Of a stretch of 64,000 bases of DNA, positions 18,001 to 33,460 are shown one piece after another (position 1 is the stretch's first letter; each line of letters opens with the position of its first letter). This DNA is from Eledone cirrhosa (taxonomy: Eukaryota): the NCBI GenBank assembly GCA_964016885.1, contig OZ024745.1, positions 1,054,001-1,118,000 on the forward strand, written 5' to 3'. Below the pieces are notes generated by a model, which worked only from the letters and a program-made list of their open reading frames with translations, ran no database searches and was not told where the DNA came from. The position numbers and the translations under genes are program-made.

Positions 18001-21000
18001 GTACCTATTCTAAACTACATATATATTGTCTTACAACATACAGGGATACAGTGTACCTATTCTAAACTAGATATACATGGTATTACAACATACAGGGATA
18101 CAGTGTACCTATTCTAAACTAGATATATATGGTATTATGACATACAGGGATACAGTGTACCTATTCTAAACTAGATATATATGGTATTACAACATACAGT
18201 GTACCTATTGTAAACTAGATATACATGGTATTACAACATACAGGGATAGTGTACCTATTCTAAACTTGATATATATTGTCTTACAACATACAGGGATACA
18301 GTGTACCTATTCTAAACTAGATATACATGGTATTACAACATACAGGGATACAGTGTACCTATTCTAAACTAGATATATATGGTATTATGACATACAGGGA
18401 TACAGTGTACCTATTGTAAACTAGATATATATGGTATTACAACGTACAGTGTACCTATTGTAAACTAGATATACATGGTATTACAACATACAGGGATACA
18501 GTGTACCTATTCTAAACTTGATATATATGGTCTTATGACATACAGGGGTACAGTGTACCTATTCTAAACTAGATATATATCGTCTTACAACATACAGGGA
18601 TACAGTGTACCTATTCTAAACTAGATATACATGGTATTATGACATACAGGGATACAGTGTACCTATTCTAAACTAGATATACATAGTATTACAACATACA
18701 GGGATACAGTGTACCTATTCTAAACCAGATATACATGGTATTACAACATACAGGGATACAGTGTACCTATTCTAAACTAGATCTATATGGTCTTACAACA
18801 TACAGGGATACAGTGTACCTATTCTAAACTAGATATACATGGTATTATGACATACAGGGATACAGTGTACCTATTCTAAACTAGATATACATGGTATTAC
18901 AACATACAGGGATACAGTGTACCTATTCTAAACTAGATATACATGGTATTACAACACACAGGGATACAGTGTACCTATTCTAAACTAGATATACATGGTA
19001 TTACAACATACAGGGATACAGTGTACCTATTGTAAACTAGATATACATGGTATTATGACATACAGGGACAGTGTACCTATTCTAAATCAGATATACGTGG
19101 TATTACAACATACAGGGATTCAGTGTACCTATTGTAAACTAGATATACATGTTATTATGACATACAGGGATACAGTGTACCTATTCTAAACTAGAAATAC
19201 ATGGTATAACAACATAAAGGGATAGAGTGTACCTATTCTAAACTAGATATATATGGTATTACAACATACAGGGATACAGTGTACCTATTCTAAATTAGAT
19301 ATACATAGTATTACAACATACAGGGATACAGTGTACCTATTCTAAACTAGATATACATGGTATTACAACATACAGGGATACAGTGTACCTATTCTAAACT
19401 AGATATACATGGTATTACAACATACAGGGATAGAGTGTACCTATTCTAAACTAGATATACATGGTATTACAACATACAGGGATACAGTGTACCTATTCTA
19501 AACTAGATATACATGATATTACAACATACAGGGATACAGTGTACCTATTCTAAACTAGATATATATGGTATTACAACATACAGGGATAGAGTGTACCTAT
19601 TCTAAACTAGATATACATGGTATTACAACATACAAGGATAGAGTGTACCTATTCTAAACTAGATATATATGGTATTACAACATACAGGGATACAGTGTAC
19701 CTATTCTCAACTAGATATATATGGTATTACAACATACAGGGATACATTGTACCAATTCTAAACTAGATATATATGGTATTACAACATACAGGGATACAGT
19801 GTACCTATTCTAAATTAGATATACATGGTATTACAACATACAGGGATAGAGTGTACCTATTCTAAACTAGATATATATGGTATTAGAACATACAGGGATA
19901 CAGTGTACCTATTCTCAACTAGACATATATGGTATTATGACATACAGGGATACAGTGTACCTATTCTAAACTAGATATACATAGTATTACAACATACAGG
20001 GATACAGTGTACCTATTCGAAACTAGACATACATGGTATTATGACATACAGGGATACAGTGTACCTATTCTAAACTAGATATACATAGTATTACAACATA
20101 CAGGGATACAGTGTACCTATTCTAAACTAGATATACATGGTATTACAACATACAGAGATACAGTGTACCTATTCTAAACTAGATATACATGGTATTACAA
20201 CATACAGGGATACAGTGTACCTATTCTAAACTTGATATATATGGTATTACAACATACATGGATACAGTGTACCTATTCTAAACTTGATATACATGGTATT
20301 ACAACATACATGGATATAGTGTACCTATTCTAAACTAGATATACATGGTATTACAACATACAGGGATACAGTGTACCTATTGTAAACTAGATATACATGG
20401 TATTATGACATACAGGGACAGTGTACCTATTCTAAATCAGATATACGTGGTATTACAACATACAGGGATACAGTGTACCTATTCTAAACTAGAAATATAT
20501 GGTCTTACAACATACAGGGATACAGTGTACCTATTCTAAACTAGATATACATGGTATTATGACATACAGGGATACAGTGTACCTATTCTAAACTAGATAT
20601 ACATGGTATTACAACATACAGGGATACAGTGTACCTATTCTAAACTAGATATACATGGTATTACAACACACAGGGATACAGTGTACCTATTCTAAACTAG
20701 ATATACATGGTATTACAACATACAGGGATACAGTGTACCTATTGTAAACTAGATATACATGGTATTATGACATACAGGGACAGTGTACCTATTCTAAATC
20801 AGATATACGTGGTATTACAACATACAGGGATTCAGTGTACCTATTGTAAACTAGATATACATGTTATTATGACATACAGGGATACAGTGTACCTATTCTA
20901 AACTAGAAATACATGGTATAACAACATAAAGGGATAGAGTGTACCTATTCTAAACTAGATATATATGGTATTACAACATACAGGGATACAGTGTACCTAT

Positions 21001-24000
21001 TCTAAATTAGATATACATAGTATTACAACATACAGGGATACAGTGTACCTATTCTAAACTAGATATACATGGTATTACAACATACAGGGATACAGTGTAC
21101 CTATTCTAAACTAGATATACATGGTATTACAACATACAGGGATAGAGTGTACCTATTCTAAACTAGATATACATGGTATTACAACATACAGGGATACAGT
21201 GTACCTATTCTAAACTAGATATACATGATATTACAACATACAGGGATACAGTGTGCCTATTCTAAACTAGATATATATGGTATTACAACATACAGGGATA
21301 GAGTGTACCTATTCTAAACTAGATATACATGGTATTACAACATACAAGGATAGAGTGTACCTATTCTAAACTAGATATATATGGTATTACAACATACAGG
21401 GATACAGTGTACCTATTCTCAACTAGATATATATGGTATTACAACATACAGGGATACATTGTACCAATTCTAAACTAGATATATATGGTATTACAACATA
21501 CAGGGATACAGTGTACCTATTCTAAATTAGATATACATGGTATTACAACATACAGGGATAGAGTGTACCTATTCTAAACTAGATATATATGGTATTAGAA
21601 CATACAGGGATACAGTGTACCTATTCTCAACTTGACATATATGGTATTATGACATACAGGGATACAGTGTACCTATTCTAAACTAGATATACATAGTATT
21701 ACAACATACAGGGATACAGTGTACCTATTCTAAACTAGACATACATGGTATTATGACATACAGGGATACAGTGTACCTATTCTAAACTAGATATACATAG
21801 TATTACAACATACAGGGATACAGTGTACCTATTCTAAACTAGATATACATGGTATTACAACATACAGAGATACAGTGTACCTATTCTAAACTAGATATAC
21901 ATGGTATTACGACATACAGGGATACAGTGTACCTATTCTAAACTTGATATATATGGTATTACAACATACATGGATACAGTGTACCTATTCTAAACTTGAT
22001 ATACATGGTATTACAACATACATGGATACAGTGTACCTATTCTAAACTAGATATACATGGTATTACAACATACAGGGATACAGTGTACCTATTGTAAACT
22101 AGATATACATGGTATTATGACATACAGGGACAGTGTACCTATTCTAAATCAGATATACGTGGTATTACAACATACAGGGATACAGTGTACCTATTCTAAA
22201 CTAGAAATATATGGTCTTACAACATACAGGGATACAGTGTACCTATTCTAAACTAGATATACATGGTATTATGACATACAGGGATACAGTGTACCTATTC
22301 TAAACTTGATATATATGGTATTACAACATACATGGATACAGTGTACCTATTCTAAACTTGATATACATGGTATTACAACATACATGGATATAGTGTACCT
22401 ATTCTAAACTAGATATACATGGTATTACAACATACAGGGATACAGTGTACCTATTGTAAACTAGATATACATGGTATTATGACATACAGGGACAGTGTAC
22501 CTATTCTAAATCAGATATACGTGGTATTACAACATACAGGGATACAGTGTACCTATTCTAAACTAGAAATATATGGTCTTACAACATACAGGGATACAGT
22601 GTACCTATTCTAAACTAGATATACATGGTATTATGACATACAGGGATACAGTGTACCTATTCTAATCTAGATATACATGGTATTACAACATACAGGGATA
22701 CAGTGTACCTATTCTAAACTAGATATACATGGTATTACAACACACAGGGATACAGTGTACCTATTCTAAACTAGATATACATGGTATTACAACATACAGG
22801 GATACAGTGTACCTATTGTAAACTAGATATACATGGTATTATGACATACAGGGACAGTGTACCTATTCTAAATCAGATATACGTGGTATTACAACATACA
22901 GGGATTCAGTGTACCTATTGTAAACTAGATATACATGTTATTATGACATACAGGGATACAGTGTACCTATTCTAAACTAGAAATACATGGTATAACAACA
23001 TAAAGGGATAGAGTGTACCTATTCTAAACTAGATATATATGGTATTACAACATACAGGGATACAGTGTACCTATTCTAAATTAGATATACATAGTATTAC
23101 AACATACAGGGATACAGTGTACCTATTCTAAACTAGATATACATGGTATTACAACATACAGGGATACAGTGTACCTATTCTAAACTAGATATACATGGTA
23201 TTACAACATACAGGGATAGAGTGTACCTATTCTAAACTAGATATACATGGTATTACAACATACAGGGATACAGTGTACCTATTCTAAACTAGATATACAT
23301 GATATTACAACATACAGGGATACAGTGTACCTATTCTAAACTAGATATATATGGTATTACAACATACAGGGATAGAGTGTACCTATTCTAAACTAGATAT
23401 ACATGGTATTACAACATACAAGGATAGAGTGTACCTATTCTAAACTAGATATATATGGTATTACAACATACAGGGATACAGTGTACCTATTCTCAACTAG
23501 ATATATATGGTATTACAACATACAGGGATACATTGTACCAATTCTAAACTAGATATATATGGTATTACAACATACAGGGATACAGTGTACCTATTCTAAA
23601 TTAGATATACATGGTATTACAACATACAGGGATAGAGTGTACCTATTCTAAACTAGATATATATGGTATTAGAACATACAGGGATACAGTGTACCTATTC
23701 TCAACTAGACATATATGGTATTATGACATACAGGGATACAGTGTACCTATTCTAAACTAGATATACATAGTATTACAACATACAGGGATACAGTGTACCT
23801 ATTCTAAACTAGACATACATGGTATTATGACATACAGGGATACAGTGTACCTATTCTAAACTAGATATACATAGTATTACAACATACAGGGATACAGTGT
23901 ACCTATTCTAAACTAGATATACATGGTATTACAACATACAGAGATACAGTGTACCTATTCTAAACTAGATATACATGTTATTACGACATACAGGGATACA

Positions 24001-27000
24001 GTGTACCTATTCTAAACTTGATATATATGGTATTACAACATACATGGATACAGTGTACCTATTCTAAACTTGATATACATGGTATTACAACATACATGGA
24101 TACAGTGTACCTATTCTAAACTAGATATACATGGTATTACAACATACAGGGATACAGTGTACCTATTGTAAACTAGATATACATGGTATTATGACATACA
24201 GGGACAGTGTACCTATTCTAAATCAGATATACGTGGTATTACAACATACAGGGATACAGTGTACCTATTCTAAACTAGAAATATATGGTCTTACAACATA
24301 CAGGGATACAGTGTACCTATTCTAAACTAGATATACATGGTATTATGACATACAGGGATACAGTGTACCTATTCTAAACTAGATATACATGGTATTACAA
24401 CATACAGGGATACAGTGTACCTATTCTAAACTAGATATACATGGTATTACAACACACAGGGATACAGTGTACCTATTCTAAACTAGATATACATGGTATT
24501 ACAACATACAGGGATACAGTGTACCTATTGTAAACTAGATATACATGGTATTATGACATACAGGGACAGTGTACCTATTCTAAATCAGATATACGTGGTA
24601 TTACAACATACAGGGATTCAGTGTACCTATTGTAAACTAGATATACATGTTATTATGACATACAGGGATACAGTGTACCTATTCTAAACTAGAAATACAT
24701 GGTATAACAACATAAAGGGATAGAGTGTACCTATTCTAAACTAGATATATATGGTATTACAACATACAGGGATACAGTGTACCTATTCTAAATTAGATAT
24801 ACATAGTATTACAACATACAGGGATACAGTGTACCTATTCTAAACTAGATATACATGGTATTACAACATACAGGGATACAGTGTACCTATTCTAAACTAG
24901 ATATACATGGTATTACAACATACAGGGATAGAGTGTACCTATTCTAAACTAGATATACATGGTATTACAACATACAGGGATACAGTGTACCTATTCTAAA
25001 CTAGATATACATGATATTACAACATACAGGGATACAGTGTACCTATTCTAAACTAGATATATATGGTATTACAACATACAGGGATAGAGTGTACCTATTC
25101 TAAACTAGATATACATGGTATTACAACATACAAGGATAGAGTGTACCTATTCTAAACTAGATATATATGGTATTACAACATACAGGGATACAGTGTACCT
25201 ATTCTCAACTAGATATATATGGTATTACAACATACAGGGATACATTGTACCAATTCTAAACTAGATATATATGGTATTACAACATACAGGGATACAGTGT
25301 ACCTATTCTAAATTAGATATACATGGTATTACAACATACAGGGATAGAGTGTACCTATTCTAAACTAGATATATATGGTATTAGAACATACAGGGATACA
25401 GTGTACCTATTCTCAACTAGACATATATGGTATTATGACATACAGGGATACAGTGTACCTATTCTAAACTAGATATACATAGTATTACAACATACAGGGA
25501 TACAGTGTACCTATTCTAAACTAGACATACATGGTATTATGACATACAGGGATACAGTGTACCTATTCTAAACTAGATATACATAGTATTACAACATACA
25601 GGGATACAGGGATACAGTGTACCTATTCTAAACTAGATATACATGGTATTACAACATACAGAGATACAGTGTACCTATTCTAAACTAGATATACATGGTA
25701 TTACAACATACAGGGATACAGTGTACCTATTCTAAACTTGATATATATGGTATTACAACATACATGGATACAGTGTACCTATTCTAAACTTGATATACAT
25801 GGTATTACAACATACATGGATACAGTGTACCTATTCTAAACTAGATATACATGGTATTACAACATACAGAGATACAGTGTACCTATTCTAAACTAGATAT
25901 ACATGGTATTACAACATACAGGGATACAGTGTACCTATTCTAAACTTGATATATATGGTATTACAACATACATGGATACAGTGTACCTATTCTAAACTTG
26001 ATATACATGGTATTACAACATACATGGATACAGTGTACCTATTCTAAACTAGATATACATGGTATTACAACATACAGGGATACAGTGTACCTATTGTAAA
26101 CTAGATATACATGGTATTATGACATACAGGGACAGTGTACCTATTCTAAATCAGATATACATGGTATTACAACACACAGGGATACAGTGTACCTATTCTA
26201 AACTAGATATACATGGTATTACAACATACAGGGATACAGTGTACCTATTGTAAACTAGATATACATGGTATTATGATATACAGGGACAGTGTACCTATTC
26301 TAAATCAGATATACGTGGTATTACAACATACAGGGATTCAGTGTACCTATTGTAAACTAGATATACATGTTATTATGACATACAGGGATACAGTGTACCT
26401 ATTCTAAACTAGAAATACATGGTATAACAACATAAAGGGATAGAGTGTACCTATTCTAAACTAGATATATATGGTATTACAACATACAGGGATACAGTGT
26501 ACCTATTCTAAATTAGATATACATAGTATTACAACATACAGGGATACAGTGTACCTATTCTAAACTAGATATACATGGTATTACAACATACAGGGATACA
26601 GTGTACCTATTCTAAACTAGATATACATGGTATTACAACATACAGGGATAGAGTGTACCTATTCTAAACTAGATATACATGGTATTACAACATACAGGGA
26701 TACAGTGTACCTATTCTAAACTAGATATACATGATATTACAACATACAGGGATACAGTGTACCTATTCTAAACTAGATATATATGGTATTACAACATACA
26801 GGGATAGAGTGTACCAATTCTAAACTAGATATACATGGTATTACAACATACAAGGATAGAGTGTACCTATTCTAAACTAGATATATATGGTATTACAACA
26901 TACAGGGATACAGTGTACCTATTCTCAACTAGATATATATGGTATTACAACATACAGGGATACATTGTACCAATTCTAAACTAGATATATATGGTATTAC

Positions 27001-30000
27001 AACATACAGGGATACAGTGTACCTATTCTAAATTAGATATACATGGTATTACAACATACAGGGATAGAGTGTACCTATTCTAAACTAGATATATATGGTA
27101 TTAGAACATACAGGGATACAGTGTACCTATTCTCAACTAGACATATATGGTATTATGACATACAGGGATACAGTGTACCTATTCTAAACTAGATATACAT
27201 AGTATTACAACATACAGGGATACAGTGTACCTATTCTAAACTAGACATACATGGTATTATGACATACAGGGATACAGTGTACCTATTCTAAACTAGATAT
27301 ACATAGTATTACAACATACAGGGATACAGTGTACCTATTCTAAACTAGATATACATGGTATTACAACATACAGAGATACAGTGTACCTATTCTAAACTAG
27401 ATATACATGGTATTACAACATACAGGGATACAGTGTACCTATTCTAAACTTGATATATATGGTATTACAACATACATGGATACAGTGTACCTATTCTAAA
27501 CTTGATATACATGGTATTACAACATACAGGGATACAGTGTACCTATTGTAAACTAGATATACATGGTATTATGACATACAGGGACAGTGTACCTATTCTA
27601 AATCAGATATACGTGGTATTACAACATACAGGGATACAGTGTACCTATTCTAAACTAGAAATATATGGTCTTACAACATACAGGGATACAGTGTACCTAT
27701 TCTAAACTAGATATACATGGTATTATGACATACAGGGATACAGTGTACCTATTCTAAACTAGATATACATGGTATTACAACATACAGGGATACAGTGTAC
27801 CTATTCTAAACTAGATATACATGGTATTACAACACACAGGGATACAGTGTACCTATTCTAAACTAGATATACATGGTATTACAACATACAGGGATACAGT
27901 GTACCTATTGTAAACTAGATATACATGGTATTATGACATACAGGGACAGTGTACCTATTCTAAATCAGATATACGTGGTATTACAACATACAGGGATTCA
28001 GTGTACCTATTGTAAACTAGATATACATGTTATTATGACATACAGGGATACAGTGTACCTATTCTAAACTAGAAATACATGGTATAACAACATAAAGGGA
28101 TAGAGTGTACCTATTCTAAACTAGATATATATGGTATTACAACATACAGGGATACAGTGTACCTATTCTAAATTAGATATACATAGTATTACAACATACA
28201 GGGATACAGTGTACCTATTCTAAACTAGATATACATGGTATTACAACATACAGGGATACAGTGTACCTATTCTAAACTAGATATACATGGTATTACAACA
28301 TACAGGGATAGAGTGTACCTATTCTAAACTAGATATACATGGTATTACAACATACAGGGATACAGTGTACCTATTCTAAACTAGATATACATGATATTAC
28401 AACATACAGGGATACAGTGTACCTATTCTAAACTAGATATATATGGTATTACAACATACAGGGATAGAGTGTACCTATTCTAAACTAGATATACATGGTA
28501 TTACAACATACAAGGATAGAGTGTACCTATTCTAAACTAGATATATATGGTATTACAACATACAGGGATACAGTGTACCTATTCTCAACTAGATATATAT
28601 GGTATTACAACATACAGGGATACATTGTACCAATTCTAAACTAGATATATATGGTATTACAACATACAGGGATACAGTGTACCTATTCTAAATTAGATAT
28701 ACATGGTATTACAACATACAGGGATAGAGTGTACCTATTCTAAACTAGATATATATGGTATTAGAACATACAGGGATACAGTGTACCTATTCTCAACTAG
28801 ACATATATGGTATTATGACATACAGGGATACAGTGTACCTATTCTAAACTAGATATACATAGTATTACAACATACAGGGATACAGTGTACCTATTCTAAA
28901 CTAGACATACATGGTATTATGACATACAGGGATACAGTGTACCTATTCTAAACTAGATATACATAGTATTACAACATACAGGGATACAGTGTACCTATTC
29001 TAAACTAGATATACATGGTATTACAACATACAGAGATACAGTGTACCTATTCTAAACTAGATATACATGGTATTACAACATACAGGGATACAGTGTACCT
29101 ATTCTAAACTTGATATATATGGTATTACAACATACATGGATACAGTGTACCTATTCTAAACTTGATATACATGGTATTACAACATACATGGATACAGTGT
29201 ACCTATTCTAAACTAGATATACATGGTATTATGACATACAGGTATACAATGTACCTATTCTAAACTAGATATACATGGTATTACAACATACAGGGATACA
29301 GTGTACCTATTCTAAACTAGATATACATGGTATTACAACATACAGGGATACAGTGTACCTATTCTAAACTAGATATATATGGTATTACAACATACAGGGA
29401 TACAGTGTACCTATTCTAAACTTGATATACATGGTATTACAACATACAGGGATACAGTGTACCTATTGTAAACTAGATATACATGGTATTATGACATACA
29501 GGGACAGTGTACCTATTCTAAATCAGATATACGTGGTATTACAACATACAGGGATACAGTGTACCTATTCTAAACTAGATATATATGGTCTTACAACATA
29601 CAGGGATACAGTGTACCTATTCTAAACTAGATATACATGGTATTATGACATACAGGGATACAGTGTACCTATTCTAAACTAGATATACATGGTATTACAA
29701 CATACAGGGATACAGTGTACCTATTCTAAACTAGATATACATGGTATTACAACACACAGGGATACAGTGTACCTATTCTAAACTAGATATACATGGTATT
29801 ACAACATACAGGGATACAGTGTACCTATTGTAAACTAGATATACATGGTATTATGACATACAGGGACAGTGTACCTATTCTAAATCAGATATACGTGGTA
29901 TTACAACATACAGGGATTCAGTGTACCTATTGTAAACTAGATATACATGTTATTATGACATACAGGGATACAGTGTACCTATTCTAAACTAGAAATACAT

Positions 30001-32205
30001 GGTATAACAACATAAAGGGATAGAGTGTACCTATTCTAAACTAGATATATATGGTATTACAACATACAGGGATACAGTGTACCTATTCTAAATTAGATAT
30101 ACATAGTATTACAACATACAGGGATACAGTGTACCTATTCTAAACTAGATATACATGGTATTAAAACATACAGGGATACAGTGTACCTATTCTAAACTAG
30201 ATATACATGGTATTACAACATACAGGGATAGAGTGTACCTATTCTAAACTAGATATACATGGTATTACAACATACAGGGATACAGTGTACCTATTCTAAA
30301 CTAGATATACATGATATTACAACATACAGGGATACAGTGTACCTATTCTAAACTAGATATATATGGTATTACAACATACAGGGATAGAGTGTACCTATTC
30401 TAAACTAGATATACATGGTATTACAACATACAAGGATAGAGTGTACCTATTCTAAACTAGATATATATGGTATTACAACATACAGGGATACAGTGTACCT
30501 ATTCTCAACTAGATATATATGGTATTACAACATACAGGGATACATTGTACCAATTCTAAACTAGATATATATGGTATTACAACATACAGGGATACAGTGT
30601 ACCTATTCTAAATTAGATATACATGGTATTACAACATACAGGGATAGAGTGTACCTATTCTAAACTAGATATATATGGTATTAGAACATACAGGGATACA
30701 GTGTACCTATTCTCAACTAGACATATATGGTATTATGACATACAGGGATACAGTGTACCTATTCTAAACTAGATATACATAGTATTACAACATACAGGGA
30801 TACAGTGTACCTATTCTAAACTAGACATACATGGTATTATGACATACAGGGATACAGTGTACCTATTCTAAACTAGATATACATAGTATTACAACATACA
30901 GGGATACAGTGTACCTATTCTAAACTAGATATACATGGTATTACAACATACAGAGATACAGTGTACCTATTCTAAACTAGATATACATGGTATTACAACA
31001 TACAGGGATACAGTGTACCTATTCTAAACTTGATATATATGGTATTACAACATACATGGATACAGTGTACCTATTCTAAACTTGATATACATGGTATTAC
31101 AACATACATGGATACAGTGTACCTATTCTAAACTAGATATACATGGTATTATGACATACAGGTATACAATGTACCTATTCTAAACTAGATATACATGGTA
31201 TTACAACATACAGGGATACAGTGTACCTATTCTAAACTAGATATACATGGTATTACAACATACAGGGATACAGTGTACCTATTCTAAACTAGATATATAT
31301 GGTATTACAACATACAGGGATACAGTGTACCTATTCTAAACTTGATATACATGGTATTATGACATACAGCGATACAGTGTACCTAGTCTAAACTAGATAT
31401 ATATGGTATTATGACATACAGGGATACAGTGTACCTATTCTTAACTAGATATACATGGTCTTACAACATACAGGTATACAGTGTACCTATTCTAAACTAG
31501 ATATATATGGTATTACAACATACAGGGATACAGTGTACCTATTCTAAACTAGATATACATGGTCTTACAACATACAGGGATACAGTGTACCTATTCTAAA
31601 CTAGATATGTATGGTATTACAACATACAGGTATACAGTGTACCTATTCTAAACTAGATATACATGGTATTACAACATACAGGGATACAGTGTACCTATTC
31701 TAAACTAGATATATATGGTATTACAACATACAGGGATACAGTGTACCTATTCTAAACTAGATATACATGGTATTACAACATACAGGGGTACAGTGTACCT
31801 ATTCTAAACTAGGTATATATGGTCTTACAACACACAGGGATACAGTGTACCTATTCTAAACTAGATATACATGGTATTACAACATACAGGGATACAGTGT
31901 ACCTATTCTAAACTAGATATATATGGTATTACAACATACAGGGATACAGTGTACCTATTCTAAACTAGATATACATGGTATTACAACATACAGGGATACA
32001 GTGTACCTATTCTAAACTAGATATATATGGTATTACAACATACAGGGATACAGTGTACCTATTCTAAACTAGATATATATGGTATTACAACATACAGGGA
32101 TACAGTGTACCTATTCTAAACTAGATATATATGGTATTATGACATACAGGGATACAGTGTACCTATTCTAAACTAGATATACATGGTGGTATTATGACAC
32201 ACAGA
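1..32205. repeat. 52-bp satellite DNA array (~620 monomers, runs off left edge) with higher-order repeats
   Basis: Consensus CATGGTATTACAACATACAGGGATACAGTGTACCTATTCTAAACTAGATATA repeated head-to-tail with scattered substitutions. 44-bp, 50-bp and one 60-bp length variants occur. The array ends abruptly at ~32205. Confidence 0.98.
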
Positions 32206-32752
32206 GCATATCTACACATCACAAGTTACCAAGTCATCAGTAGTACTGTTGAGATAATGAGGTCTGCAGCTTGATATGTCAAAGTTAATCCCCTTTCATT
32301 ACAGAATCTCTAAATAAATAGACTGTTCATATGTTTTAATTAATTTTGAAAATAACTAAACATTTGTAGGTATTTAATGAAATACCTAAATTTTTCATTA
32401 GTAAATTTATATTTAGAACACTACTTGTAAAAAATTTCTGAAATAAAATTATGATGAAATGCTTTAATATAAGTGTAAACGTTTTAAAATAGGCAATTCT
32501 GTATCAATGTTGGTAACAATATATTGAACAGTAATCTATTACAATTACTTTGTCAAAGCTGGTCAATGTTGAATTATTGTCTTGAGAAATTATTTAACTC
32601 TTAAAACTGATATAGGCATAAGATGGCCATATATTTATGCAGATGTAATTCCACCCTCCATTGATATAGCCACTCAACACACTTATGAAGGGTGTCACAT
32701 CTATTTTTGTTCTCCAGTCATGTTGTCTACTTTCTATCACTATTGTGTAGTG

Positions 32753-32900
32753 AAGGTGCGTGACTTAGTTGTTAGAGAATTGGATCTGCAATTGAGATTA
32801 TGAGTTTTGATTCCTGGACTGGGCAATGCATTATGTCCTTGAGCAAGACAGATTGCTCTTTCTGCCAAGAGTTATGATGTGTAGATAGTACCAGCAATAG
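32753..32900 (+). mobile_element. Degenerate tRNA-derived CORE-type SINE fragment
   Basis: tRNA-like head (GGTGCGTGACTTAGTTGTTAGAG ... GAGTTTTGATTCC, A/B-box-like) followed by TGTCCTTGAGCAAGACA, which resembles the CORE-SINE central motif. Boundaries approximate. Confidence 0.55.
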
Positions 32901-33269
32901 AAAGACCAATGGAAACATTGTTTCCTTGGTTCAATTTGATGAGTTCCTCTCCACTTGGTAAAGGAGAGAGGTCTGGGATATTGTAGATTGATTACTATTG
33001 CAATGGCTTGAAGCTGTGACACACTACCTCCATCTGACTAACATACCCCATATCTGATGAAAGGCATTCTAACCATGACCCTCCCGTTTTTTTCGAGGTA
33101 CATATGACTATAGTATCCAATATATTGTATCCTTATTTAAGCTGGCAGGGTGTGATTTGAAGATTTTGCTAGTAGGTTGACCGAAAATATAGAGGCTCCT
33201 TTGTTAAGATTAAATAATTTTAGAGCCCAATTTTCTATAAAGCAGATTTGACAGCTGGAGAGGGTAGTT

Positions 33270-33460
33270 TGCTGTGTTCTTGAGCAAGACACTTCATTCC
33301 AAAACAATGATGATTGCTCCAGTACATTCAGCTGAAAATGAGTACCAGTAATAGCTGGGACTTAACCCTGCAATGGACTGGTGTCCTGTCCAGGAGTCTC
33401 GTACTCTCAGTCAATTAATGATGATAAAAGCAGGTTAAACACCGGCCCGATGAGTCTCCA
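33270..33460 (+). mobile_element. 5'-truncated CORE-type SINE fragment
   Basis: TGTGTTCTTGAGCAAGACACT core motif shared with the 32.8-kb copy, then GAGTACCAG...CCCTGCAATGGACTGGTGTCCTGTCCAGG...ACCGGCCCGATGAG SINE-type body. Boundaries approximate. Confidence 0.5.

Noticed and set aside
5259-29987. Seventeen 61-67 aa ORFs (MVLQHTGIQCTYCKLD...) resembling Cys/His zinc-finger peptides
   Set aside because: They appear only where a 50-bp variant monomer shifts frame past the usual stop; they are translation by-products of the satellite, useful only as HOR markers.
1-32205. CRISPR array or spacer-bearing repeat system
   Set aside because: Monomers are contiguous with no unique spacers, there are no cas genes, and the context is eukaryotic.
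32582-33022. 73-aa and 63-aa ORFs next to the satellite
   Set aside because: Non-ATG starts, overlap a SINE relic, and carry no motifs.
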